The notes: generated by a model from the sequence alone, not told the origin. A DNA stretch of 46,211 nt from Bacteroidota bacterium (GCA_030605195.1 JAUWBB010000001.1:1-46211), one strand, 5' to 3'. Counted from the first letter of the stretch, positions 34,228 through 42,951 are shown. Made by a program: numbers and translations.

Positions 34228-34922
34228 TGAACGAAGGTTGGGTTAGATTGTATAGAAAATTTTTAGACTGGGAGTGGTTTGAGCTTTCAGATATGGTTAA
34301 AATATTCACTTATTTTTTACTGAAAGCAAATTATGAGGATAAAAAATGGAAGGGAATTGATGTAAAAAGAGGACAACTTATTACAGGCAGGAAACAGTTA
34401 TCAATTGATCTCAAAATGTCAGAACGGAAAGTAAGGACTTGTATTGAACGATTAAAATTGACCAGCGAAATAACCATCAAATCGACCAACAAATATAGCA
34501 TTATAACTATCAATAATTATAATAGTTACAATATTAAGGATGATGAAGAACGACCAACAAAACGACCAACAAAAGACCAACAAAAGACCAACAAAAGACC
34601 ACAACTAAAGAAGAAGAAGAAGAATATAAAGAATAATAATAAGCAAATCATTTTTAAAAAAGAGCAAGAATTTAAAAAAGGGCTTGAGGAATTTTCAGGA
34701 AAGTATTCAGAAAAAATGTTAGATGAATTTTCCAAGTACTGGACTGAGCCAAATAAATCTAAAACGAAATTAAGGTGGGAATTGCAGCCCACATGGGATA
34801 CAAGTAGAAGATTAGCAAACTGGGCTAAACGTAATTTCACTTTTAGAAAAGATGAAAAAAAAATAACTTACAGCAAAAAAAACTTACCGGATGATTATTG
34901 GAAATCTAAATCTAAAAAATAA
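34227..34922 (+). CDS. replisome organizer / replication initiator-like winged-helix protein
   Basis: N-terminus GWVRLYRKFLDWEWF...RGQLITGRKQLSIDLKMSERKVRTCIERL is typical of phage replication organizers. GTG start; internal iterons. Confidence 0.6.
   Translation: MNEGWVRLYRKFLDWEWFELSDMVKIFTYFLLKANYEDKKWKGIDVKRGQLITGRKQLSIDLKMSERKVRTCIERLKLTSEITIKSTNKYSIITINNYNSYNIKDDEERPTKRPTKDQQKTNKRPQLKKKKKNIKNNNKQIIFKKEQEFKKGLEEFSGKYSEKMLDEFSKYWTEPNKSKTKLRWELQPTWDTSRRLANWAKRNFTFRKDEKKITYSKKNLPDDYWKSKSKK
34551..34605. repeat. iteron-like tandem array (4.8 units of an 11-12 bp repeat, (C)GACCAACAAAA)
   Basis: cgaccaacaaaa twice, gaccaacaaaa twice, then gaccacaac, followed by an A-rich tract. Confidence 0.65.
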
Positions 34923-34926
34923 AGCA

Positions 34927-35520
34927 ATGAACGAAAATTTTGAAAAAGCAGTAAAAGTTATCCTCAAATCAGAGGGTCTTTACGTAGACAATCCCAAGGA
35001 CCCAGGTAAAGCCACAAATTTTGGAATAAGCCTGAGATTTTTGAGAAAAATAGGTGACTACAATAAAGATGGAGTTTTGGACGGAGACCTGGATCAAGAC
35101 GGTGATGTTGATGAAGATGATATCAGGTTAATGACACAAGCAAGGGCAGAACAATTCTATTACGATCATTTTTGGAAGAAGCTCCGATGTGATAATATTG
35201 AATGTAAGATGATGAGACTTCATTTGTTTGACATGGGAGTAAATGCCGGAACCAGCAGAGCAGCGAAAATAGTACAGAAGATATTAGCCATAAAGGAAGA
35301 TGGAATAATTGGCCCGGTATCATTAAAACATATTAATTCACAGAAGGAATTTATATACTGGAATAAATTTGGGTTTGATGAATTTCCTCTGTATTTATGG
35401 CAGAAATACGTAATGGCAAGGTTAGAGCATTATAATCATTTAGCTTATACTGTTAACATTAATTTGCTTGTTTTCCTTAACGGCTGGATAAAACGAGTGA
35501 AGAAAACTAATTACTCATGA
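34927..35520 (+). CDS. endolysin, GH108 lysozyme plus PG_binding_3
   Basis: ILKSEGLYVDNPKDPGKATNFGIS matches the GH108 N-terminus and EDGIIGPVSL is a peptidoglycan-binding motif. Start moved to 34927. Confidence 0.8.
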   Translation: MNENFEKAVKVILKSEGLYVDNPKDPGKATNFGISLRFLRKIGDYNKDGVLDGDLDQDGDVDEDDIRLMTQARAEQFYYDHFWKKLRCDNIECKMMRLHLFDMGVNAGTSRAAKIVQKILAIKEDGIIGPVSLKHINSQKEFIYWNKFGFDEFPLYLWQKYVMARLEHYNHLAYTVNINLLVFLNGWIKRVKKTNYS

Positions 35521-35942
35521 AATGTATTAGCTTGAAGCAGCCGTTTGCTAGTTTGATAGCAGACGGGCACAAAACTATCGAGACCCGGAGCTGGCAGACA
35601 AAATACAGGGGTGAACTATTAATATGCAGTTCGCTTACTGCCTACAAAAATTACCAGTCTGCAGCTTTGATTCCTGAAATAATTTCTAGAGAGTTAATAC
35701 GATTGTATGATTTAATAGGTGAATATTTTCCACCTGTTAATCCGCTTGGATGTGCGGTTTGTATTGTAAACCTGTTTCATGTCAGGAAGATGAAAATTGA
35801 AGATGAAATGAAAGCCTGTGTTTATCATGGAGATTTCTTCGCTTGGTTTCTGAAAGACATCAGGAAAGTAAAACCATTTAGCATTAAAGGAAGTATGAAG
35901 ATTTTTGATATTGACTGTGAAAATAAAATTGAATTGATATAA
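35517..35942 (+). CDS. ASCH domain protein
   Basis: ISLKQPFASLIADGHKTIETRSW is a typical ASCH N-terminus. Confidence 0.7.
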   Translation: MKCISLKQPFASLIADGHKTIETRSWQTKYRGELLICSSLTAYKNYQSAALIPEIISRELIRLYDLIGEYFPPVNPLGCAVCIVNLFHVRKMKIEDEMKACVYHGDFFAWFLKDIRKVKPFSIKGSMKIFDIDCENKIELI

Positions 35943-36224
35943 AAACAACACTTATATTTTTTTTTATAATCGTCATTCTTTTTGTAACTTTCATGTGTAT
36001 ATATGCAAGAGATAATAAAAAAGAAAAAGAAATCCGGAGACTCGTCAGGGAATGCAAGGAAAAAATGGATGAAATAGATAAAGAAAGGAGTAAAAATGAT
36101 CTGGACAATTAACTATCAAATAAGATGCAGGGAAACGTGTACTTGGAAATATTATATTCACATCTGGTTCTTTCTATTTATCCCTGTCTTCATAAGAATT
36201 GAAAAGAAATATCATTTGTAGGGG

Positions 36225-37601
36225 ATGTTAGAATTGAATAAAATAATATTGGGTGATTGCATTGAAGTCATGAAAGGCTTTGAAGATAATTGTATTGATT
36301 CGATTGTCATGGATCCGCCTTATGGCATTGGCTTTATGGGTAAGGAATGGGATACATTTAAACCAGATTATCTTGAAGAAAAGAAAGATCCACGTGGAAG
36401 ATATAAAAGTGGAATGGCTGGTGGTAGTCCAGCTAAGACAGCAGGAACTTATGATTATTCCCGTAATAAAGAATTTCAAGAATGGTTTACAATCTTCTCA
36501 ATCGAATGCCTCCGGATCATGAAACCAGGTGGTCATTTACTATCCTTTGGTGGCACACGTACATGTCACAGGATGGTTTGCGGGATTGAAGATGCAGGTT
36601 TCGAGATAAGAGATAGTTTGCAATGGATATATTCAACTGGATTTCCTAAAAATTTGGATATCGGGAAACAGATCGATAAGATGAAAGGTGCTGAAAGGGA
36701 AATTATTGATAAAAATCCGAATGAAAGAATAAATGATAATTTAGATAAAACAGTATTTAATAAAAGAAAAGAATGTAATTTAACAATTCCCGCCACTCCC
36801 GAAGCCAAACAATGGGATGGATGGGGCACGGCATTGAAGCCAGCCAACGAACCTATTGTATTAGCCCGGAAACCTATCTCTGAAAAGAACATTGCCCTGA
36901 ACGTCTTAAAATGGGGAACGGGAGGGATTGCAATAGATAAATGTAGGATAAAAACAGATAAAAGAAGGATGTGTGGAAATACTAATAAAAGTGGTGAGAC
37001 AAGTTATATTTTAGGATCAAGAATTGAAACAGAAACTTCTAAAGGTCGTTGGCCTGCTAACGTGATCTTTGATGAAGAAGCGGCAGCTTTGTTAGATGAA
37101 CAGAGTAAAGGAATACATGGGGCTGGATACAAAATACAAAAACAAATTGAAACAAAAAAACATGAAGGAATTGAATTTCTGCAATCGAATGGACAATTAA
37201 GAAATACTGAAAGATTTGGTGATTCCGGTGGTGCTTCCAGATTTTTCTACATGGCGAAGGCTTCAAAATCCGAACGAAATGCAGGACTGGAAGGATTTGA
37301 AAAGAAAAATAAAATTGGATTTAATGCAAGTAAAAGGGAATATGATAATCAAATTCATAAGGAAATTAAATTAAAAAACATACATCCAACTTGTAAGCCA
37401 ATCAAACTAATGAGATATTTAGTAAGACTAATAACTCCTCCAGGCGGTATTTGCCTTGATCCGTTTCTCGGAAGTGGCACGACTGCAATTGCCTGTATCG
37501 AGGAAGGATTTGATTATATAGGAATTGAAAAGGAAAAGGAATATTTTGATATTGCTGAAAAGCGAATCTTTCATTATAAACGACAATTAAAACTATTTTA
37601 A
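36225..37601 (+). CDS. DNA methyltransferase (beta-class N6A/N4C)
   Basis: Motif IV DPPYGIG is N-terminal and motif I FLGSGTTAIAC is C-terminal. Confidence 0.85.
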   Translation: MLELNKIILGDCIEVMKGFEDNCIDSIVMDPPYGIGFMGKEWDTFKPDYLEEKKDPRGRYKSGMAGGSPAKTAGTYDYSRNKEFQEWFTIFSIECLRIMKPGGHLLSFGGTRTCHRMVCGIEDAGFEIRDSLQWIYSTGFPKNLDIGKQIDKMKGAEREIIDKNPNERINDNLDKTVFNKRKECNLTIPATPEAKQWDGWGTALKPANEPIVLARKPISEKNIALNVLKWGTGGIAIDKCRIKTDKRRMCGNTNKSGETSYILGSRIETETSKGRWPANVIFDEEAAALLDEQSKGIHGAGYKIQKQIETKKHEGIEFLQSNGQLRNTERFGDSGGASRFFYMAKASKSERNAGLEGFEKKNKIGFNASKREYDNQIHKEIKLKNIHPTCKPIKLMRYLVRLITPPGGICLDPFLGSGTTAIACIEEGFDYIGIEKEKEYFDIAEKRIFHYKRQLKLF

Positions 37602-37617
37602 AGAAAGGAATTAAAAA

Positions 37618-38247
37618 ATGAAAACTAAATTAATGATTTCAGCAGTAATGAGTGTTATTGTGTTGTTTTTAGCACTTGTTTTAACTTATCAGCGCTTGCG
37701 ATTTATGAAGCTTGAGAAAATTCGGTATGAAACGAATTATGAAGCCTTAAAATTGGAAGAAGGTAGCAAGGCCTTGGTCGAAAGAGTAATCAAATCCGAG
37801 TTTAAAGCCATGTTCCCGGAACTGGAAAAAATTGCAAAAGAAAGTGGCATAAAAATTAAGAACATTGAAACGGTTCATAATGTTCATTATAAAACAGTTT
37901 GGGACACTATACCTGTAGAAGTAGATTTGCAGATCGATCCTTTAGACGATCAGCAATTAATGTTTTTAGAAAGCAAGAATTGTATTGATGTTGAAGGATA
38001 CATTGATTTTAATTTGTCACCGATCGTATTGACCTCGAATAATAAAAAAGGGATCGATTTATTGTTTACCCGTGTCGAACAAAATGATACGATAACCACG
38101 TTTTACTTTTGGGAACGAAAGTTGAAAAAAATCATATTTGTAAAACTGAAAATAGGCAGGAAGCAGTTTTGGTCGGAAAGCCACTCAGTTTGTAAGGCAG
38201 AATTGAGAACCGAGGCTATCCGGATCACGAGAAAGGGAAAGAGATGA
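37618..38247 (+). CDS. N-terminally membrane-anchored protein (209 aa)
   Basis: TM helix ISAVMSVIVLFLALVLTY followed by a coiled-coil-like segment. Confidence 0.5.
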   Translation: MKTKLMISAVMSVIVLFLALVLTYQRLRFMKLEKIRYETNYEALKLEEGSKALVERVIKSEFKAMFPELEKIAKESGIKIKNIETVHNVHYKTVWDTIPVEVDLQIDPLDDQQLMFLESKNCIDVEGYIDFNLSPIVLTSNNKKGIDLLFTRVEQNDTITTFYFWERKLKKIIFVKLKIGRKQFWSESHSVCKAELRTEAIRITRKGKR

Positions 38248-38612
38248 AAAATGAAAATCAATACAACAGCAAACTTTTAGACCTTGAAAAGAATGTAAAG
38301 TATTACAAGAGAGGCGCCATTTACCTGATCGGCAACATGAGCGATCACGGTGCGAGTGAGATTTTGATGGAAGCTCGGGAAATTATCCTGGAAAAGGAAG
38401 GATATTACGTTTATAACCAGATTAAAATTATTCCTTATAATAGTTCAGAAGATTTGAGAAACCGGATTTTGATAGGAAAGTTGATGGAGTGCAAAAAAGT
38501 TTACGTGATGTCTGGTTATGAAAAGACACCTGTGAATCATATAATGCTTAATTTGATTGTTGAGTTGAATTATAAGATGATATACGAAAAAGATGAAAGC
38601 ACTGATACCTAA
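38244..38612 (+). CDS. DUF4406 / nucleoside 2-deoxyribosyltransferase-fold protein
   Basis: AIYLIGNMSDHGA ... KKVYVMSGYEKTPVNHIMLNL follows the pattern of this fold. Confidence 0.45.
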   Translation: MKNENQYNSKLLDLEKNVKYYKRGAIYLIGNMSDHGASEILMEAREIILEKEGYYVYNQIKIIPYNSSEDLRNRILIGKLMECKKVYVMSGYEKTPVNHIMLNLIVELNYKMIYEKDESTDT

Positions 38613-39090
38613 AGGCGAGTGTATTATTGGTATAGACGGTGGGGACAAAAATGGCATAGCAATTTATAATCCATTTGAGAATGTAATGACTTTGCTGACT
38701 TTAAGCTTTTGGGATACGATAAAGAAGTTGACTTTTTGTAAAAAACATGGCGAAAAATTTGGCTATACGCTACTTGTTGTAATTGAAGATGTGACTCAAA
38801 ATAAACCAGTTTTTAGCAGACTTTATCCGCCAAAAGGAAGTAAGATGAACAGGGTATTTTATGTTGGTAAAATAGCTCAGGATATCGGAAAGAACAAGCA
38901 GATTACAAAGCTCATTATGGACTTTTGTAAGATTTACGATATAAACTATCATTGTATAGTACCAAAGTCTGGAAAACCGAAATTAAGCAGTCAGGAGATA
39001 GCAAAACTGACTGGCATACAAAAAAGCAACCAGCATACCAGGGATGCGGTAATGTTATTGTACAGAAATGGATTTATTAGTTATGATTGA
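38593..39090 (+). CDS. RuvC-like Holliday junction resolvase
   Basis: IIGIDGGDKNGIA, VVIEDV and HTRDA give an RNase-H-fold acidic triad pattern. Confidence 0.6.
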   Translation: MKALIPKGECIIGIDGGDKNGIAIYNPFENVMTLLTLSFWDTIKKLTFCKKHGEKFGYTLLVVIEDVTQNKPVFSRLYPPKGSKMNRVFYVGKIAQDIGKNKQITKLIMDFCKIYDINYHCIVPKSGKPKLSSQEIAKLTGIQKSNQHTRDAVMLLYRNGFISYD

Positions 39091-39526
39091 TGTTTGTCCT
39101 TATTGTGATGGACCTGTTAGCCTTGTTGATAGCAATGTCGTATATGGGAAAAGCTATGGAATGATTTATTTGTGTGACAATTATCCTAAATGTGATGCTT
39201 ACGTTGGAGTACACTCAAACAGTAAGAAACACGCACCTTTAGGCAGGCTTGCGAATCCTGACCTCAGAAGGTTGAAAAGACAAGTTCATGGATGGTTTGA
39301 CCCGTTGTGGAGATACAAGTCTAGCAAAACTCAAGATGTTGATGTAAGGAAAAATGCTTACGGGTGGTTAGCCAAAAAACTTGGAATAAAGGCTTACCAG
39401 TGTCATATAGGGATGTTCGATGAAGAAATATGCCAAAGAGCAATTGATATTTGCAGAGTGATTTATCATGACAAACCCAGACTAGATAAATTCAGGCAGG
39501 AATTAATTAAAAAAGGAGAAATTTAA
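39068..39526 (+). CDS. zinc-finger protein (DUF3268-like)
   Basis: CPYCDG ... CDNYPKCDAYVGVH ... RLKRQVHGWFDPLW. Confidence 0.55.
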   Translation: MDLLVMIDVCPYCDGPVSLVDSNVVYGKSYGMIYLCDNYPKCDAYVGVHSNSKKHAPLGRLANPDLRRLKRQVHGWFDPLWRYKSSKTQDVDVRKNAYGWLAKKLGIKAYQCHIGMFDEEICQRAIDICRVIYHDKPRLDKFRQELIKKGEI

Positions 39527-39528
39527 TT

Positions 39529-39714
39529 ATGTTCAGAAAAAGACGATCGTGGAATAAAATGATCCGGTTTTTTAACAACAACCGGAAGGAAGGCAGAGCT
39601 GACTTTAGAATTTTGACAACAACTGATAAGCTAATTATTATTGCTGAAGATGGGAAAAAGAAAAAAATATTACGCTTAAAGTATAAAGGAGAAATTCCGA
39701 CTAAAGTATTATGA
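39529..39714 (+). CDS. hypothetical protein (61 aa)
   Basis: Intact ORF with an ATGA overlap downstream. Confidence 0.4.
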   Translation: MFRKRRSWNKMIRFFNNNRKEGRADFRILTTTDKLIIIAEDGKKKKILRLKYKGEIPTKVL

Positions 39715-40397
39715 ATGAGAAAATAAGCAAATCAATAAAGTTTCTTCAAGACCTTGAAACAGAAAAAGAATGTAGTCTTGGTTTTAGTGGTGGGAAGGAT
39801 AGTATTTTGATATTGGATTTAGCTAAGAAATCAGGCATAAAATTCAAGCCAATACATTCTAATACAACGATTGACCCACCGGGAACTCTGAAATTTATAA
39901 GAGAAAAATATCCCGAGGTCGAAATAATTCATCCTGATCTGTCATTTTACCAGTTGATTATAAAAAAGGGATTACCGAACGGGAGAAGGACATCGTTGGG
40001 AAAATCAGGAAAGGAGCAGAAATCTGAACGACAAGATAGCAAATATAGAAGGCCACAAATTGCTTCCAACCCCGACAAATTCAATGATGACAATTCAGGA
40101 CATGGAGCAGGCAAAACATCACAGTTCAAAACGCCCGGAATATTCAAAAATATTACCAACACCAACATCAAGGGATTACAAAGACACGGGGGACTGCAAG
40201 AATGTTCCAAAAAATTCCTTGCTTGGTCGGGAAGTGAACCCCTCGAAGGAATCTGGCAGTCTGAACCCGAATTGGGTCGAGTGGCTCATGGGATTCCCGA
40301 TAGGGTGGACAGACTTAAAGGATTAGGTAATGCTATTGTACCACAAATAGCATTTGAATTTTTCAAGATAATAGATAAAATCAATGAATCTAATTAG
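39711..40397 (+). pseudogene. chimeric/decayed gene: PAPS-reductase N-terminal fragment plus frame-split C5-cytosine-methyltransferase-type C-terminus
   Basis: SGGKDS P-loop domain stops after about 90 aa. LLPTPT...LNPNWVEWLMGFPIGWT is in another frame (40060..40326), while motif-X-like RLKGLGNAIVPQIA is back in the first frame. Confidence 0.55.
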
Positions 40398-40441
40398 TAC
40401 TAAAAAAGAAAAATTATTAATAATAACTAAAAAACAAAACT

Positions 40442-41020
40442 ATGTATTTATTTTTTGACACGGAAACAACAGGAGTGCCGGCAGATTATAAAGCTCCGGC
40501 TGATCAATGGCCTCGCATGGTACAATTAGCCTGGTTAATGTTTGATGAAAAAAGAGTCAAAATTGACGAAGGAAACCTGATCATTAAACCAGAAGGCTTT
40601 GAAATTCCGAAAGCTGCTACAGATGTTCATGGAATTACAACTGAAATGGCACTTGAAAAAGGTACTGATCTTAAGGCTGTATTAGATGTATTCAAAAAAC
40701 AACTTGATAAAGCAATTTTTTTGGTAGGTCATAACTTAAGTTTTGATCGTAAAATCCTAAGAGGTGAACTTATTAGAAAAGGAGTTGAATATGATAGTTC
40801 TAAAAAGATAAAAATTTGCACTATGTTCTCATCGACTAAATATTGTGAACTCCCTGGTAAATTTGGTTATAAATGGCCGAAATTAGAAGAGCTATATTTT
40901 AAATTGTTTGAAAAAGACTTTAAGGATGCACATGATGCCTTGGTCGACATTAAAACTACGGCAAAATGTTTTTGGAAGTTGGTAGATATTGGTGTAATTA
41001 AAATAATTGGTAAAAAATGA
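40442..41020 (+). CDS. DnaQ-like DEDDh 3'-5' exonuclease
   Basis: FFDTETTG, HNLSFDRKIL and HDALVD motifs. Confidence 0.85.
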   Translation: MYLFFDTETTGVPADYKAPADQWPRMVQLAWLMFDEKRVKIDEGNLIIKPEGFEIPKAATDVHGITTEMALEKGTDLKAVLDVFKKQLDKAIFLVGHNLSFDRKILRGELIRKGVEYDSSKKIKICTMFSSTKYCELPGKFGYKWPKLEELYFKLFEKDFKDAHDALVDIKTTAKCFWKLVDIGVIKIIGKK

Positions 41021-41397
41021 TAAATCAGATAAGCAGTAAAGAGGCAAAATTAAAAAGAGAGCTCGTGAAGGTTTATTCTGAAGTTGATGAAAAGGCTTGG
41101 GACGAAGAAATGTGGTATTGTTGGAGTTGTGGAAGAGGGCAACCTCTTTCACACAGCCACGCTTGCAGCAGAGGTCAGGATAAAGAGTTGATGTTGGATA
41201 AAGACAATATTTTCCTGCAGTGTATAGATTGCCATGATGCTTGGGAAAACAGGGTATGGAAGAAAATAGTCAAGTTCCGGAATTTAAGAGATATGCTTTT
41301 TTATGTTTTGAACCATGATGATAAGCAATTTTGGAAGTTGATCGAAGGGATAAATAAATATTTTGAAAATAAAAAGACCGATACATTTGGTAATTAA
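41017..41397 (+). CDS. HNH/NinG-like zinc-finger nuclease
   Basis: CWSCGRG..LSHSH ... DKDNIFLQCIDCHD. Confidence 0.45.
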   Translation: MINQISSKEAKLKRELVKVYSEVDEKAWDEEMWYCWSCGRGQPLSHSHACSRGQDKELMLDKDNIFLQCIDCHDAWENRVWKKIVKFRNLRDMLFYVLNHDDKQFWKLIEGINKYFENKKTDTFGN

Positions 41398-41417
41398 AAT
41401 AACTTTAGTTAATTTTA
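41386..41417 (+). promoter_or_regulatory. candidate Bacteroidota-type promoter (TTTG-N20-TAATTTTA)
   Basis: Near-duplicate of the 27658 promoter; overlaps the stop of 41017..41397. Confidence 0.4.
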
Positions 41418-41455
41418 TAAATCAATACAAAAAACTGGGTGAATAAGAAATTTGA

Positions 41456-41680
41456 TACTTTCCCGCCATCATTAAAAATAAGACAATACCCGAAACCATA
41501 ATATGGAAAAATGCAATAGAAGAACAGCCAAATGATAACAGGCAGGTTTTTATTTCTGACGGTGAGTATTACGCAGTGAGCAGCTATGAAAAAAACCCAA
41601 TTGGTGATTACTGGTTAAATTTTAATTCTGTTGGAGAAGTTTTGTTTTGGATGGAGATACCGAAATTTGATGAAGAATGA
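41456..41680 (+). CDS. DUF551-like protein; start codon unresolved
   Basis: Open frame ...IIWKNAIEEQPNDNRQVFISDGEYYAVSS...VLFWMEIPKFDEE, with an ATGA overlap to the next gene. No ATG/GTG/TTG until near its end. Confidence 0.35.
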   Translation, partial: YFPAIIKNKTIPETIIWKNAIEEQPNDNRQVFISDGEYYAVSSYEKNPIGDYWLNFNSVGEVLFWMEIPKFDEE

Positions 41681-42168
41681 AAAAGGTTGAAGCACAATGC
41701 AGGTTATGGAAAACACCTGACGGTGACTTCCGGTTGAACCTGTTAAATGCTAACACGGTCATTGGAAAACTTGTTGAAATGCATGTTAAAAACTTTGAAA
41801 AGTTTGAGAAAAAGTTTTTTGATATTGATATAAAACCGGTTGCGGAATACAAGAGTAACAAGCAGCTTGGATACTGGAAGGCTGAAGTCGTGCCTAAAGC
41901 AGCTTGGGGTTTTGAGCTTGCTGGCTGGGAAGGAATGAACGAGGAAAAGGCTGAGAAAATATTGAAGGAAAAGTTCTTTACAGAGACTTTAACGAACCCT
42001 AAAACCGGTGAACATAAAACCATAATCAAAACCTTACAAGACGTTACACACGAAGATATGGGTGTCTTAATTGAAACCTCTGTCATGTTCATATCCGAGG
42101 ACCTTGGTGTTGAATGCGAGGATCCGGAAGATTACAAAAAAAGGAACCTGAACGTAAATTTTAAATAG
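41677..42168 (+). CDS. hypothetical protein, NinB/Orf-like pattern
   Basis: SNKQLGYWKAEVVP ... KEKF ... THEDMGVLIETSVMFISEDLGVE loosely parallels the NinB-type layout. Confidence 0.35.
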   Translation: MKKVEAQCRLWKTPDGDFRLNLLNANTVIGKLVEMHVKNFEKFEKKFFDIDIKPVAEYKSNKQLGYWKAEVVPKAAWGFELAGWEGMNEEKAEKILKEKFFTETLTNPKTGEHKTIIKTLQDVTHEDMGVLIETSVMFISEDLGVECEDPEDYKKRNLNVNFK

Positions 42169-42169
42169 A

Positions 42170-42817
42170 GTGTTAGAATTGAATAAGCTATATAATTTGG
42201 ATTGTTTACCTGCCATGGTAGAATTTCCTGATAAGTTTTTTGATTTGGCCCTGGTCGACCCGGATTATGGAATTGGTAATACGTGGAATAAATCAAGAAA
42301 AGATAGATTTTTTAAAATGCGTGATTGCACTTACAAGAATAATGAAATTCCAAGTCGAAAATATTTTGAGGAATTATTTAGAGTATCAGAGAATCAAATA
42401 ATTTTTGGTGGTAACTATTTTACTGAATTTTTACGACCGACTAATTCATGGATCATTTGGGATAAAGAAAGAGATGCTGGTAAAACTTATATGAGTGAAG
42501 TAGAACTTGCATGGACTTCATTTAAAAAGGTAATGCGAATCGTTCATATTCAATGGGATGGAGCAAAAAAAGGAAAGGAAACCGGAATAAAAAAAATACA
42601 TCCTTTTCAAAAGCCGATAAAATTATACAAGTGGATATTAGCCAGATATGCAAAACCGAGCATGAAAATAATAGACACTCATGTAGGTTCCGGCAGTTCG
42701 ATAATATCCTTTTTAGATTTCGGTTGCGATTGGATTGGATTTGAAATTGATGAATATTTTTACAAAGGAGTAACTAAAAGAATTGAAAATCATAAATTAC
42801 AATTGAGAATAAAATGA
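42170..42817 (+). CDS. DNA methyltransferase (beta-class) with variant motif IV DPDY
   Basis: VDPDYGIG is N-terminal and THVGSGSS C-terminal. The N-terminus MLELNKLYNLDC parallels 36225..37601. GTG start. Confidence 0.7.
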   Translation: MLELNKLYNLDCLPAMVEFPDKFFDLALVDPDYGIGNTWNKSRKDRFFKMRDCTYKNNEIPSRKYFEELFRVSENQIIFGGNYFTEFLRPTNSWIIWDKERDAGKTYMSEVELAWTSFKKVMRIVHIQWDGAKKGKETGIKKIHPFQKPIKLYKWILARYAKPSMKIIDTHVGSGSSIISFLDFGCDWIGFEIDEYFYKGVTKRIENHKLQLRIK

Positions 42818-42951
42818 ATAAGGATTTTTTAAAGCATGTTTATAAGCAGATTTTCGATAAGAATTTTTGGCTTTTAGTATTATGTGTACTTGTGATTTGT
42901 ACAGTTTTAGTATTTATATGGATTATTGGAATTTATAAAGCAATAAAATGA
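42814..42951 (+). CDS. 45-aa single-TM protein
   Basis: ATGA overlaps on both sides; hydrophobic core FWLLVLCVLVICTVLVFIWIIGI. Confidence 0.4.
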   Translation: MNKDFLKHVYKQIFDKNFWLLVLCVLVICTVLVFIWIIGIYKAIK

